64,000 bases of DNA from a virus. A program made the translations under genes and the position numbers. Under the pieces are notes generated by a model. The model ran no database searches, was not told the origin of the DNA, and saw only the letters and a list, made by a program, of their open reading frames with translations. Each line of letters opens with the position of its first letter. Position 1 is the first letter of the stretch. This document shows, piece after piece, positions 7,724 through 15,978 of the stretch. The stretch is taken from IMG/VR virus record IMGVR_UViG_3300025834_000005; one strand, 5' to 3'.

Positions 7724-8584
7724 ATGGGCAGACCAAAGAGAGTATTTCCGAAGAATTTACCACAGTTCAATTTACTGCATACCCGAAAGGTGAAAATGTA
7801 TTGCGGTACTGAATTAACAGCTTTACATATCGTAAAAGAAACTGAACAGTATTATATCAGTATCGACACTTGGTCAGGCTGTTGTGTTCCTTTCAAGTTA
7901 AAGAAAAAGAACGGCGACCTAAGCTATAACATTCCTGTTCTAAAGGATGAAAAAGCCATTAAGTTTTTAAATGAGAATGCTTGGCATGATTGGGTTGCAA
8001 AAGAATTAGCAACAACGCAAGTTAATATCTTTAGTAAGGACAAAGAACTTGTGCCTCACATACCTGATTCTGACACAGTTGAAACCCTTGCGTTTCTTGA
8101 CAGGTTGTTCCCCGATAAGAAAAAAGTTTTCTTTTACGAATTAACTTCAATAATATCATCCTTTTGTCATGGTGCATTCATAAGCTATGATAAGGAACAT
8201 AATATTGAAGAACCAACAAAGCATGATATTGAACAGCGTGGGTATTATACCTCAAAATATATTGGCAGATTCAATGGCGGTGCTGTTACTTATCCTGATA
8301 ATGTAAATGCTTTATATGCTATCTATGATAAAATTGAACGTAGCAAAGAGAATGAAAAAATTAAGCAAGCTGCTTATCATAATTATGCAATTGCACAGAA
8401 TGAGTTTTTGTTAGCTAATCATAATCTGACTGATACGTTCATTGCGTTAGGTGAAAATGCTGTTGTTTGTCCTTATGCTTATACTCACTGTTGCGTTAAG
8501 GGTTCTGCATATGAGAATGCAGGCGAGATTTATTTCATTGTCACTGATGATACAGTTTATTTTCAAGACGAAAGACATTTTTAA
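7724..8584 (+). CDS. hypothetical protein, 286 aa
   Basis: promoter motif 7675..7704 upstream; long ORF. Confidence 0.7.
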   Translation: MGRPKRVFPKNLPQFNLLHTRKVKMYCGTELTALHIVKETEQYYISIDTWSGCCVPFKLKKKNGDLSYNIPVLKDEKAIKFLNENAWHDWVAKELATTQVNIFSKDKELVPHIPDSDTVETLAFLDRLFPDKKKVFFYELTSIISSFCHGAFISYDKEHNIEEPTKHDIEQRGYYTSKYIGRFNGGAVTYPDNVNALYAIYDKIERSKENEKIKQAAYHNYAIAQNEFLLANHNLTDTFIALGENAVVCPYAYTHCCVKGSAYENAGEIYFIVTDDTVYFQDERHF

Positions 8585-8614
8585 TGTAACCTTTTAATTT
8601 CATTTACGTATAAC
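8585..8614 (+). promoter_or_regulatory. phage-type promoter motif
   Basis: copy 15; upstream of 8633..8983. Confidence 0.6.
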
Positions 8615-8632
8615 ATAGAAACAGTAACTATC

Positions 8633-8983
8633 ATGCAAAAGATTTTTTTCGTACCAGTATTATCCAAAGAAGAAATAATCATATTTAATATGACTGCTCG
8701 TGTTTATCGGGAATATGAAAATGCTGTCAGCGACTTTCCAAACAGAACCATTGCGGCTGTTGATATAACCCCAATGGGTGAAACATTCAGGGCTGAAATT
8801 ATGATCGTAGTTGATGATGACGATGATCGCACACCAACATTTTATGTTGATATCCCACCAACCAACGGCGACGAATGGACTAACATTGAATCATTCAAGT
8901 ATCGCCCTGATGCAATTGAATTTGCGAAAGAGAGATTTCATGCTGACGATAATGGCATGGTAAGTTTAGTTAGTCAATCTTAA
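8633..8983 (+). CDS. hypothetical protein, 116 aa
   Basis: promoter motif 8585..8614 upstream. Confidence 0.6.
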   Translation: MQKIFFVPVLSKEEIIIFNMTARVYREYENAVSDFPNRTIAAVDITPMGETFRAEIMIVVDDDDDRTPTFYVDIPPTNGDEWTNIESFKYRPDAIEFAKERFHADDNGMVSLVSQS

Positions 8984-8994
8984 TTAAAAACGCT

Positions 8995-9162
8995 ATGCAA
9001 AGACAAGAATTAATTGATGCTGTTATTCAGCAGTTAAAATCCGATATTGAAAGTAACGATGTTACTGTATTGAATGAGTTATTGCATGAGGTTGATACAA
9101 TGACTCTTATCCAATCATTACCTGAGTCTGAACATGAGAAATACATTAAAGAATTATTGTAA
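8995..9162 (+). CDS. hypothetical protein, 55 aa (below ORF-track cutoff)
   Basis: hand-translated MQRQELIDAVIQQLKSD...; TTAATTAAAAAC junction; stop in promoter motif 9158..9187. Confidence 0.45.
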   Translation: MQRQELIDAVIQQLKSDIESNDVTVLNELLHEVDTMTLIQSLPESEHEKYIKELL

Positions 9163-9187
9163 CCTTTTAAATTGATTTACGTATAAC
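9158..9187 (+). promoter_or_regulatory. phage-type promoter motif
   Basis: copy 16; upstream of 9206..9395. Confidence 0.6.
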
Positions 9188-9205
9188 ATAGAAACAATAT
9201 CTATC

Positions 9206-9395
9206 ATGACTGAAAAAGAAAGATCAATTGATTTTGCGAATTTCGCACAGAACTGCCTTAACAGGCAAAAGAAAAAAGGCATTGGTTTATCTATGGCCTA
9301 CGATTACTGACCGTTGGATATCGTTAACTGAACTGTATGAACAGTATATTGCAGACCCAAAGGTTACTGATGAAATTAAAAAAACCATATTTTAA
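9206..9395 (+). pseudogene. small gene interrupted by an apparent +1 frameshift
   Basis: ATG frame (after promoter 9158..9187) stops at 9308..9310; adjacent frame is open 9210..9395 without ATG and reads protein-like (..WPTITDRWISLTELYEQYIADPK..); A-run AAAAGAAAAAAGG lies in the overlap. Confidence 0.3.
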
Positions 9396-9405
9396 AATAT
9401 CTATC

Positions 9406-9633
9406 ATGAATAAAGCAAAGTTTGTAAGAGAGATCACTGTTAAAGACCCTGACACAAAGGGTGAAGTTTCCTTATCCGTTTATAAACACCCAAACGGCGG
9501 CATATTTGCCATTGACAGCTCATTTGTTGATCAGATGTTTGATGAAGATGAAAAAGTAATCATACTTGATCCTTTAGCTCAGACAGAATTTACACATAAA
9601 AAGAAAGTTCTAATTGAATTAGTTGAAGAATAA
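9406..9633 (+). CDS. hypothetical protein, 75 aa
   Basis: internal ATG (MNKAKFVREI) of track ORF 9337..9633; same ATATCTATCATG context as 9206. Confidence 0.55.
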   Translation: MNKAKFVREITVKDPDTKGEVSLSVYKHPNGGIFAIDSSFVDQMFDEDEKVIILDPLAQTEFTHKKKVLIELVEE

Positions 9634-9636
9634 TAT

Positions 9637-9672
9637 AAGTTTGTTTGTTTAGTTTTAAGTTTGTTTGTTTAG
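9637..9672 (+). repeat. 16-nt direct repeat AAGTTTGTTTGTTTAG x2
   Basis: copies at 9637-9652 and 9657-9672 separated by TTTT; related TAGTTTTAAGTTTGTTT at 1271-1287 and 343-359. Confidence 0.7.
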
Positions 9673-9683
9673 CCCTGAGAAGT

Positions 9684-9713
9684 TGTAACCTTCTTGGGGC
9701 TTTTACGTATAAC
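9684..9713 (+). promoter_or_regulatory. phage-type promoter motif
   Basis: copy 17; TTGTAAC in the loop of the GCCCTGAGAAG/CTTCTTGGGGC hairpin; ATG 9719 only 5 nt downstream. Confidence 0.55.
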
Positions 9714-9718
9714 ACAAT

Positions 9719-10120
9719 ATGGAAAAGAAAGACAAAATTGGAATGCAAATAAACCCTTTTATGATGATGGGTGTAGGCGAACCACCGATAGCTCATTTAT
9801 GCTATAATCACGCTGATATAACGTCTGCATTAGCTATGGAACGTGCTCACATCCATGAGCCTCATTTGCCCATTATATTCATGGGTGAACCGCAAGGTGG
9901 TATGGTTTTAATTAAAAAGTTTAATGATCTGTTCTATCCAATATCTGTTCTGGGTTTTAATTTAGAATATAGTGACAGCATTAAGGTTTTAATTAAAAAT
10001 GGTTTTAACAAATGGGAAACATTTCACGCTGAATACCTTTTAATTAAGAATAAGAAGTCAAAGCAAACAAGATCAGTGCGATTAGCCATTGAAAAAACAT
10101 ACGAAAAGATTTCAAAATAG
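9719..10120 (+). CDS. hypothetical protein, 133 aa
   Basis: promoter motif 9684..9713 upstream; contains three in-frame TTAATTAA (LIK) motifs. Confidence 0.65.
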   Translation: MEKKDKIGMQINPFMMMGVGEPPIAHLCYNHADITSALAMERAHIHEPHLPIIFMGEPQGGMVLIKKFNDLFYPISVLGFNLEYSDSIKVLIKNGFNKWETFHAEYLLIKNKKSKQTRSVRLAIEKTYEKISK

Positions 10121-10121
10121 T

Positions 10122-10151
10122 TGTAACCTTTTATTTTCATTTACGTATAAC
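10122..10151 (+). promoter_or_regulatory. phage-type promoter motif
   Basis: copy 18; upstream of candidate sRNA 10152..10230. Confidence 0.6.
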
Positions 10152-10230
10152 TAAATGGTTGACAACAGAGACGGCGTCGAGAGAGTGGACTCCACAGTGC
10201 CTTATAGTCTGGGTTTAGAACCATTCTTAA
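10152..10230 (+). ncRNA. candidate small RNA between two promoter motifs
   Basis: no ORF; closing stem AATGGTT (10154-10160) / AACCATT (10219-10225); internal GC-rich hairpins (GACggcGTC, GTGGactCCAC). Confidence 0.3.
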
Positions 10231-10242
10231 TAAGGAATGATC

Positions 10243-10272
10243 TGTAACCTTTGCAAACCATTTACGTATAAC
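10243..10272 (+). promoter_or_regulatory. phage-type promoter motif
   Basis: copy 19; upstream of 10304..11116. Confidence 0.6.
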
Positions 10273-10303
10273 TTAGAAACAAACACTTTAAAACTTTAGT
10301 ATT

Positions 10304-11116
10304 ATGGAATTTACGACAATCGGAAAAGCGAAAAAAGAAACAGGTTTATCTTATTTAGGTGGTATCAATATTTCTTCGAAATTGACCAAAAACATGAAAG
10401 TCAATGTAATGACTTACTGTATCTATCTTTCACCTGCACACACATCTGGCTATGATGTTTGTCCAGAATCTACTTATGAGTGCCGTTTGGGTTGCTTAGC
10501 TACATCAGGACGTGCTGCAATGGATATTATTTCAGGCAAAAATGTGATCGGCAAAGCTCGAATCAAAAAAACTGAACTGTTCTTTGAACATAATGAGTAC
10601 TTTATGAACTGGCTTGTTGCTGAAATGACAGCGGCGAAAAAGAAAGCCGACAAACAAGGTTTTGTGTTTTCTGCACGTTTGAACGGAACGTCGGATATTG
10701 ATTGGGCAAATACTATGTTAAACGGAAAAAACATCTTCCAAATTTTTGATACGACATTGTTTTACGATTACACAAAAATCGTATCAAAGTTTGACAATAT
10801 CGCACCGAATTACTCTTTAACATATTCTTATACAGGTCGCAATTGGGCTATGTGTGCGAAGTTAATGGACAAAGGTTTTAACGTTGCTATGATCTTCAAT
10901 GTAAAGGATGAAAAATACCTGCCTGCAATGTACAAAGGTTATAACGTTGTGAACGGCGATTTAAATGATTACCGTATTGCAGACGCAAAGGGTATCATTG
11001 TAGGTCTTAAATGGAAAAGAATACAAAACAAAGAAGCCGAAAAGAAAGTGCTTAATTCAGTGTTCGTTGTGAACGTTGAGGGTCTTTCGAAAGAGTTTAC
11101 CAATGTACCAAAGTAA
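10304..11116 (+). CDS. hypothetical protein with Cys cluster (CPESTYECRLGC), 270 aa
   Basis: promoter motif 10243..10272 upstream; strong terminator 11128..11168 downstream. Confidence 0.7.
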   Translation: MEFTTIGKAKKETGLSYLGGINISSKLTKNMKVNVMTYCIYLSPAHTSGYDVCPESTYECRLGCLATSGRAAMDIISGKNVIGKARIKKTELFFEHNEYFMNWLVAEMTAAKKKADKQGFVFSARLNGTSDIDWANTMLNGKNIFQIFDTTLFYDYTKIVSKFDNIAPNYSLTYSYTGRNWAMCAKLMDKGFNVAMIFNVKDEKYLPAMYKGYNVVNGDLNDYRIADAKGIIVGLKWKRIQNKEAEKKVLNSVFVVNVEGLSKEFTNVPK

Positions 11117-11127
11117 ACATAATCAAA

Positions 11128-11168
11128 ATGTTAACCTTAAGCTTAATGCTTAAGGTTAACATTTTTTT
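11128..11168 (+). terminator. intrinsic terminator
   Basis: perfect 15-bp stem ATGTTAACCTTAAGC / GCTTAAGGTTAACAT followed by T7. Confidence 0.8.
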
Positions 11169-11205
11169 GCAATGTACCATTAATCATTCTTAAATAAAAA
11201 TACAA

Positions 11206-11397
11206 ATGAAAGACCTTAGACAATACGTTATATTAAAATCGTTATCTTATCCGTTAATCGCTACGGATATTCAGGAACAATTTCAACTATGCTTGGATGA
11301 AATTGAACAGGGTGAAAGTGCCTCAAATGAAGTGGCGATATGTTATTCAGCCATTGATGAACTTATCGAAGACTTTAATAAAACGGTTATTAATTAA
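11206..11397 (+). CDS. hypothetical protein, 63 aa
   Basis: track ORF; A-rich leader. Confidence 0.55.
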   Translation: MKDLRQYVILKSLSYPLIATDIQEQFQLCLDEIEQGESASNEVAICYSAIDELIEDFNKTVIN

Positions 11398-11403
11398 AAA
11401 GCA

Positions 11404-11622
11404 ATGTACAGATATAGGATCGTTTCCAATTATGGCTTCGGGGATATCACATGGCTTGAGCGATATCTAACACAGAAACAGGTTGTTAAGTACTTTGTGT
11501 CGCATGAAATGTACCCAAAGAAAACCAAATTCAGTGATATACCTACAACCAGTGATCATATTTATTATTGTGAAATTGATAACATAGGCGATACACTTGA
11601 AAACACATTCAGCGAATCTTAA
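11404..11622 (+). CDS. hypothetical protein, 72 aa
   Basis: TTAATTAAAAAG junction before ATG. Confidence 0.55.
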   Translation: MYRYRIVSNYGFGDITWLERYLTQKQVVKYFVSHEMYPKKTKFSDIPTTSDHIYYCEIDNIGDTLENTFSES

Positions 11623-11633
11623 TTAAAAACAAT

Positions 11634-11822
11634 ATGGCAAAGTATAAAATTGATAAGTTTGTACGTACAGATAAGGAACCTGCAATGCATATGGTAATGT
11701 ACAATAAAATATCTGAGGGTATTGAAAGAGAATTAAAACGACAGAAAGCAGCTGGCAAAAAGTTTATCAGTGATGAAGAAATTGATAAACTTGTCGATGA
11801 TGCTATTAAAGAATGCATGTAA
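11634..11822 (+). CDS. hypothetical protein, 62 aa
   Basis: TTAATTAAAAAC junction; stop in promoter motif 11818..11847. Confidence 0.55.
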   Translation: MAKYKIDKFVRTDKEPAMHMVMYNKISEGIERELKRQKAAGKKFISDEEIDKLVDDAIKECM

Positions 11823-11847
11823 CCTTTTCAATTCATTTACGTATAAC
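11818..11847 (+). promoter_or_regulatory. phage-type promoter motif
   Basis: copy 20; upstream of 11863..12219. Confidence 0.6.
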
Positions 11848-11862
11848 ATATAAACATATATC

Positions 11863-12219
11863 ATGAAAGAGAATACAAACGTTGTTGGCAATGTACTGGA
11901 TTTAAAGACAGCTGTATGTCGGGAGTTTAACATTCCTGAGATTGTAACAGTTATCGCACGTAGCGGACTTATGAGGGCTGGTTCATGGGGTTTTACCAAT
12001 CCAATGATAACTGTTCCGAATAAAGCATTCAGATTCACAGTAACTGGTATGGTGTTTAAAGGTTGGGTACACATTGTACTTAATGGCTTAGACCTATTCG
12101 ATATCTATTATACCAACAAAAAGGATGTCATTAAAAAGGTTAGCAATGATGTTTACATCATGGATTTAATTGAAACGTTAGACGTTAACATTGAACGAAC
12201 CAAAAAGCACTTGAGATAA
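11863..12219 (+). CDS. hypothetical protein, 118 aa
   Basis: promoter motif 11818..11847 upstream. Confidence 0.65.
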   Translation: MKENTNVVGNVLDLKTAVCREFNIPEIVTVIARSGLMRAGSWGFTNPMITVPNKAFRFTVTGMVFKGWVHIVLNGLDLFDIYYTNKKDVIKKVSNDVYIMDLIETLDVNIERTKKHLR

Positions 12220-12278
12220 TGTACTTTTAATTAAAAATGGTTTGTACATCTTAATTAAAAAGAGATTGTACAATCCAT

Positions 12279-12308
12279 TGTAACCTTTTATATCATTGTA
12301 CGTATAAC
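12279..12308 (+). promoter_or_regulatory. phage-type promoter motif
   Basis: copy 21 (CATTGTACGTATAAC variant); upstream of 12325..12585. Confidence 0.55.
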
Positions 12309-12324
12309 AATAAAAATTTTAGAT

Positions 12325-12585
12325 ATGTATTTCACAGTAAACAAAAATGAAGGCTCGGTAGGAATTGATAATCATGTCTGCACCATATTAGCATATAACA
12401 CTGATGAACTTAAGGTAGCTTTGTTTAAAGGCTTATCAGAACATTTCGATGCAGCTATCACACTGCCAGAGATTGATATCGACTCTATGCTATATGGTCG
12501 TGAATTGGAAATCAATATTGTTGCAGCCAAAGACGAAGACAGTATTACATATCCTATTATCATAAATGAAACTTGGATGTATTAA
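12325..12585 (+). CDS. hypothetical protein, 86 aa
   Basis: promoter motif 12279..12308 upstream. Confidence 0.6.
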   Translation: MYFTVNKNEGSVGIDNHVCTILAYNTDELKVALFKGLSEHFDAAITLPEIDIDSMLYGRELEINIVAAKDEDSITYPIIINETWMY

Positions 12586-12603
12586 CTTTTAATTAAAAAC
12601 CAT

Positions 12604-12921
12604 ATGGAAATTTCTTACAGATCAAAATCGAATGAATACGGCATTGGTATTCAGATCAACTACCAGCCAGAAGAGGTTGACACATTGTCCCTTTTAATTA
12701 ACGAGCTTGAAGCTAATAACTTCAAGAAACGTTTATCTGGAATCCCAGACAGAGTTAAACAGAAATCACGCAAGGTATTCTTTTATCGTACAGGTAGCAG
12801 ACCTTTTGGTATATTCACTGGCGACGAGGTTGTATTCTTTGTTAACGAGTCTGAAAAGATTCTTAAACGTTACGATAAGAACTTTAACCTTAAAACATTG
12901 TTACCATACGATAACGACTAA
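12604..12921 (+). CDS. hypothetical protein, 105 aa
   Basis: TTAATTAAAAAC junction before ATG. Confidence 0.6.
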   Translation: MEISYRSKSNEYGIGIQINYQPEEVDTLSLLINELEANNFKKRLSGIPDRVKQKSRKVFFYRTGSRPFGIFTGDEVVFFVNESEKILKRYDKNFNLKTLLPYDND

Positions 12922-12925
12922 TCAT

Positions 12926-12955
12926 TGTAACCTTTTTTATCATTGTACGTATAAC
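12926..12955 (+). promoter_or_regulatory. phage-type promoter motif
   Basis: copy 22 (CATTGTACGTATAAC variant); upstream of 12982..13530. Confidence 0.55.
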
Positions 12956-12981
12956 ATAGAAACATTCTAAATAAGATATTT

Positions 12982-13530
12982 ATGACAGCACCAAAAGTTG
13001 AATTGAAAAACATTAAATTCCATGAAGGCATGGAGGGTCAAGGCTTTAATGCAGACCTATGGATTAACGGCGTTAACTGCATGCATGTGAGGGACAGCGG
13101 CGACGGCGGAGAACTGGACAGCCGTGACAATATCTATAAGAATCCTAAAGCTGACATTGTCCGTGAGAATATCAAACAGCTGAATGTACATATTGCCAGC
13201 CTACCTGATTACGTCTACCCAGCGAGAGACGGACAAAGAGAATTGAGAATCAAAATTGATCTGGCTATCTTTGTCGAAGAGCTTTTAAATAAGATGGCTA
13301 AAGAAAAAGAAGCTAAAAAGATTGCTAAGCTTCAACTGGATAATATTCTCTGGGGACAGCCAAATGGTTCGAGCTATATGAAAATGAAGCTTGTTGCACC
13401 AATCAAAGATACACCTGCTGATATGCTTAGTAAGACGGTTGCCCACATCAGGGCTATATACTTCAAAACTGGTGACGTCTTTCTGAATACCAACTTCGCT
13501 GAATTCCAATCGCCATCTACTCTTAATTAA
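12982..13530 (+). CDS. hypothetical protein, 182 aa
   Basis: promoter motif 12926..12955 upstream. Confidence 0.65.
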   Translation: MTAPKVELKNIKFHEGMEGQGFNADLWINGVNCMHVRDSGDGGELDSRDNIYKNPKADIVRENIKQLNVHIASLPDYVYPARDGQRELRIKIDLAIFVEELLNKMAKEKEAKKIAKLQLDNILWGQPNGSSYMKMKLVAPIKDTPADMLSKTVAHIRAIYFKTGDVFLNTNFAEFQSPSTLN

Positions 13531-13537
13531 AAACCAT

Positions 13538-13789
13538 ATGACTCATTTTTACGATATCAAGGTTCTGAGAAAAATCTTTTATGATCTTGTAGCTAAAGGT
13601 AACTACACTACAGACATAGCAAAAAGCATTGGGTGCACACCGCCGACTCTCACCAAGGTATTGAATAACCAATCGATCTTAAGAGCAAGCTGCTGTGAGC
13701 TTTTAATTAAAAACTATAATGTGAATCCTGATTATCTCTACAGAGGTATCGAACCAATGTACATCGAAACAATTGAACCAGTAAAATAA
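13538..13789 (+). CDS. putative helix-turn-helix protein, 83 aa
   Basis: TTAATTAAAAAC junction; segment IAKSIGCTPPTLTKVLNNQS looks like an HTH (by eye only). Confidence 0.5.
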   Translation: MTHFYDIKVLRKIFYDLVAKGNYTTDIAKSIGCTPPTLTKVLNNQSILRASCCELLIKNYNVNPDYLYRGIEPMYIETIEPVK

Positions 13790-13795
13790 ATTAGC

Positions 13796-14098
13796 ATGGC
13801 AACAGAAGAAGTATATAATATCACCAAGGAAGAATTACAAGACCTTATGGCTGGCTTACAAGCAGTACAAGATAATGACTTTGCAATACAAGCCGTTGTA
13901 TCAGGGTCTGCCTCTCAGATTACCCAAGGGTTTGTTATTGGGAGACAAACAGATGAAATGGACGAGACCATCCTTACCATGAGTAAGACGTTAAGCAATG
14001 TACGGAACAGAGGCTATAGGGTTGAGACAGTTAAACCAAAACCCAAAGGTAAAACCCTTCATGAGGTTTTGGGCTTAAAGGATGCAGCTAAGAAATAA
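13796..14098 (+). CDS. hypothetical protein, 100 aa
   Basis: track ORF; bidirectional terminator 14131..14166 downstream. Confidence 0.55.
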   Translation: MATEEVYNITKEELQDLMAGLQAVQDNDFAIQAVVSGSASQITQGFVIGRQTDEMDETILTMSKTLSNVRNRGYRVETVKPKPKGKTLHEVLGLKDAAKK

Positions 14099-14130
14099 GA
14101 TTGAAAGGCACACCTCCTTTTAATTAAAAA

Positions 14131-14166
14131 CCCTGAAAGCAATTAAGCTTTCAGGGTTTTCTTTTT
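14131..14166. terminator. bidirectional terminator between convergent genes
   Basis: CCCTGAAAGC / GCTTTCAGGG flanked by A-run and T-run. Confidence 0.75.
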
Positions 14167-14209
14167 ATATTAAACGGAATTATATATGGAGGTTGTTTCT
14201 AATTAAAAA

Positions 14210-14779
14210 TCAATTAACCCATACGAGCTTATCGATCTCTTCGTTGATGATCTTCTTAATATTGATTTGGTTTTCTAATAAATTAACACTACCTTTGTCG
14301 GCTCTGTATATGTTAAACACAATGTCCTCTGGCATATGCTTCTTAATTAAAAAGTATGCCTCAATGTCTTTACCCCTATCATCATATACATCAATAGCTT
14401 TTATGTTCCTCTCCCATCTAAGGAAATCATAAATCCTTTCACCCTTGTCAACATTATGATCATTCATAAAGATACCATCAACCTCAATGCCATTCTTATT
14501 TAAAACCTTTATAAGATCAGGTCTCAATGCTTCAATCCTACTGGTTAATATAATAACCATTGTATTAGGATTAGCACCTTCTTTGGCTAATATGTTAGCT
14601 ATATCATTGTACGGTTTAATATCAAACACATCAATGTCCAAGCTGGCTGGTGAACTCCACCAACCCTTATCAGGAAAATCTTTGCCAGTCCTTTCCTTAT
14701 ATAATACCATACCTTCCTCTGGTGATGGGGAATTCATAAGTGTTCCGTCAAAATCAAATGCTACCAATTTCGTTATCAT
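14210..14779 (-). CDS. HAD-superfamily phosphatase / nucleotidase-like protein
   Basis: MITKLVAFDFDGTL (DxDGT motif I), ILTSR (motif II), VYDDRGKD (motif III-like); start moved to the ATG just before the DxD motif. Confidence 0.7.
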   Translation of the reverse strand: MITKLVAFDFDGTLMNSPSPEEGMVLYKERTGKDFPDKGWWSSPASLDIDVFDIKPYNDIANILAKEGANPNTMVIILTSRIEALRPDLIKVLNKNGIEVDGIFMNDHNVDKGERIYDFLRWERNIKAIDVYDDRGKDIEAYFLIKKHMPEDIVFNIYRADKGSVNLLENQINIKKIINEEIDKLVWVN

Positions 14780-14962
14780 CAATGTACAGTTTAATCTAAA
14801 TACTATTTTAATTAAAAACCATTGTACGACCATCTGTACCATTGTACGAGAACCTTATCGACACCACAAAAGTAGTTATTATAAATGAATCCACCAAATA
14901 AAATGTGGGAATATTGTAAACTTTTATCGGAATAATGTAACTATTAGGCTTGTACATGATAT

Positions 14963-14970
14963 TATCTTTG
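14963..14970 (+). promoter_or_regulatory. TAnnTTTG (-7) box for 15007..15519
   Basis: TATCTTTG; no TTG at the canonical -33 distance. Confidence 0.3.
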
Positions 14971-15006
14971 TATCGGAAATAGTTCCAGAATATTAATATC
15001 TATCAT

Positions 15007-15519
15007 ATGGATCATTTAATAGATTTATCAAGATTTCAATGCAAATCAAGACATTTTAATTTAATAGAAGCTTTTAAGTCTGAGCCTAAACAACCAGCAA
15101 AAATTACATCCTTGAAGACTGCTGATACAATACCAGTAGTATCAGTAAAATATAAGACCGTTAAAATAAAACCAGTTAAAGCAAAAGCAATAGGCTTTAA
15201 AGTTACTAAGGCTAAGCCAGCTAAGGTAGTAAAAGCAAAACCATTAAAGATTAACTATAAAGCTGAAACAACTAAAGAGGTTAAACCCATAGGTTATACA
15301 GTTAAAAAAATACCAATAGTAGATCATATCATAATTAAACCAGTATTAAACTATGAACAAAGAAGTGGCTTACAAGCACTTAAGCAAGGTACACGGCTCG
15401 TTCATAATACTAACGTAATTACTAAATTAGCAAGTAAAGGATTCGCATCATATAATAACTCAATGTGGAATATTACTGATAAGGGATTGAACTATCTGAG
15501 GTATTCACCAATGATGTAA
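15007..15519 (+). CDS. lysine-rich KP/KA-repeat protein (histone H1-like, putative DNA-binding), 170 aa
   Basis: KTVKIKPVKAKAIGFKVTKAKPAKVVKAKPLKI repeats; TATCTTTG box 14963..14970 upstream. Confidence 0.55.
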   Translation: MDHLIDLSRFQCKSRHFNLIEAFKSEPKQPAKITSLKTADTIPVVSVKYKTVKIKPVKAKAIGFKVTKAKPAKVVKAKPLKINYKAETTKEVKPIGYTVKKIPIVDHIIIKPVLNYEQRSGLQALKQGTRLVHNTNVITKLASKGFASYNNSMWNITDKGLNYLRYSPMM

Positions 15520-15536
15520 AAATATATCCATCGACT

Positions 15537-15566
15537 TGTAACCTTTTTATTTCTTATACGTATAAC
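15537..15566 (+). promoter_or_regulatory. phage-type promoter motif
   Basis: copy 23; upstream of 15584..15922. Confidence 0.6.
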
Positions 15567-15583
15567 TAAGAAAACAATTAGTT

Positions 15584-15922
15584 ATGAAGAAATTAACAGC
15601 TTTAGATTACGAAGAGAAATTGAAACGAAACCAAGTCGATGGAGATATAAACCTTACATTCGCTACACTCGTATGTGCTGAACTCGAACTACACCTGCGT
15701 GAGGAAATGACAGCTATGGAACATGATCATATAGCCGACATTAAAAGACTGTCAGACGCTATAAGCGATTGTATGTCTGTTATCGATAAAACATCTGGGT
15801 CAATTCCTATCCCTCACGTAGTAGACGGTGACGGTGGCGAACTACCAGAGATATGCTTCTGGGGTCAACAAAGACTCTTGGGTGATGTTGAACATGCTGG
15901 ATATAATGCAGGTCAAAAATAA
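15584..15922 (+). CDS. hypothetical acidic protein, 112 aa
   Basis: promoter motif 15537..15566 upstream. Confidence 0.6.
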   Translation: MKKLTALDYEEKLKRNQVDGDINLTFATLVCAELELHLREEMTAMEHDHIADIKRLSDAISDCMSVIDKTSGSIPIPHVVDGDGGELPEICFWGQQRLLGDVEHAGYNAGQK

Positions 15923-15933
15923 ATAGCTTTTTT

Positions 15934-15963
15934 TGTAACCTTTTATAAATAATTACGTATAAC
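15934..15963 (+). promoter_or_regulatory. phage-type promoter motif
   Basis: copy 24; upstream of 15979..16920. Confidence 0.6.
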
Positions 15964-15978
15964 TAAGAAAATTAATAT

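Noticed and set aside
12707-12970. Track ORF 12707..12970 overlapping 12604..12921 out of frame.
   Set aside because: It has low-complexity sequence, and its C-terminus is a promoter-motif translation. The in-frame gene 12604..12921 has the proper junction motif.
14193-14888. The + strand track ORFs 14193..14432 and 14487..14888.
   Set aside because: They lie antisense to the - strand gene that carries a clear HAD DxDGT motif. They have low-complexity hydrophobic sequence and no promoter motif.
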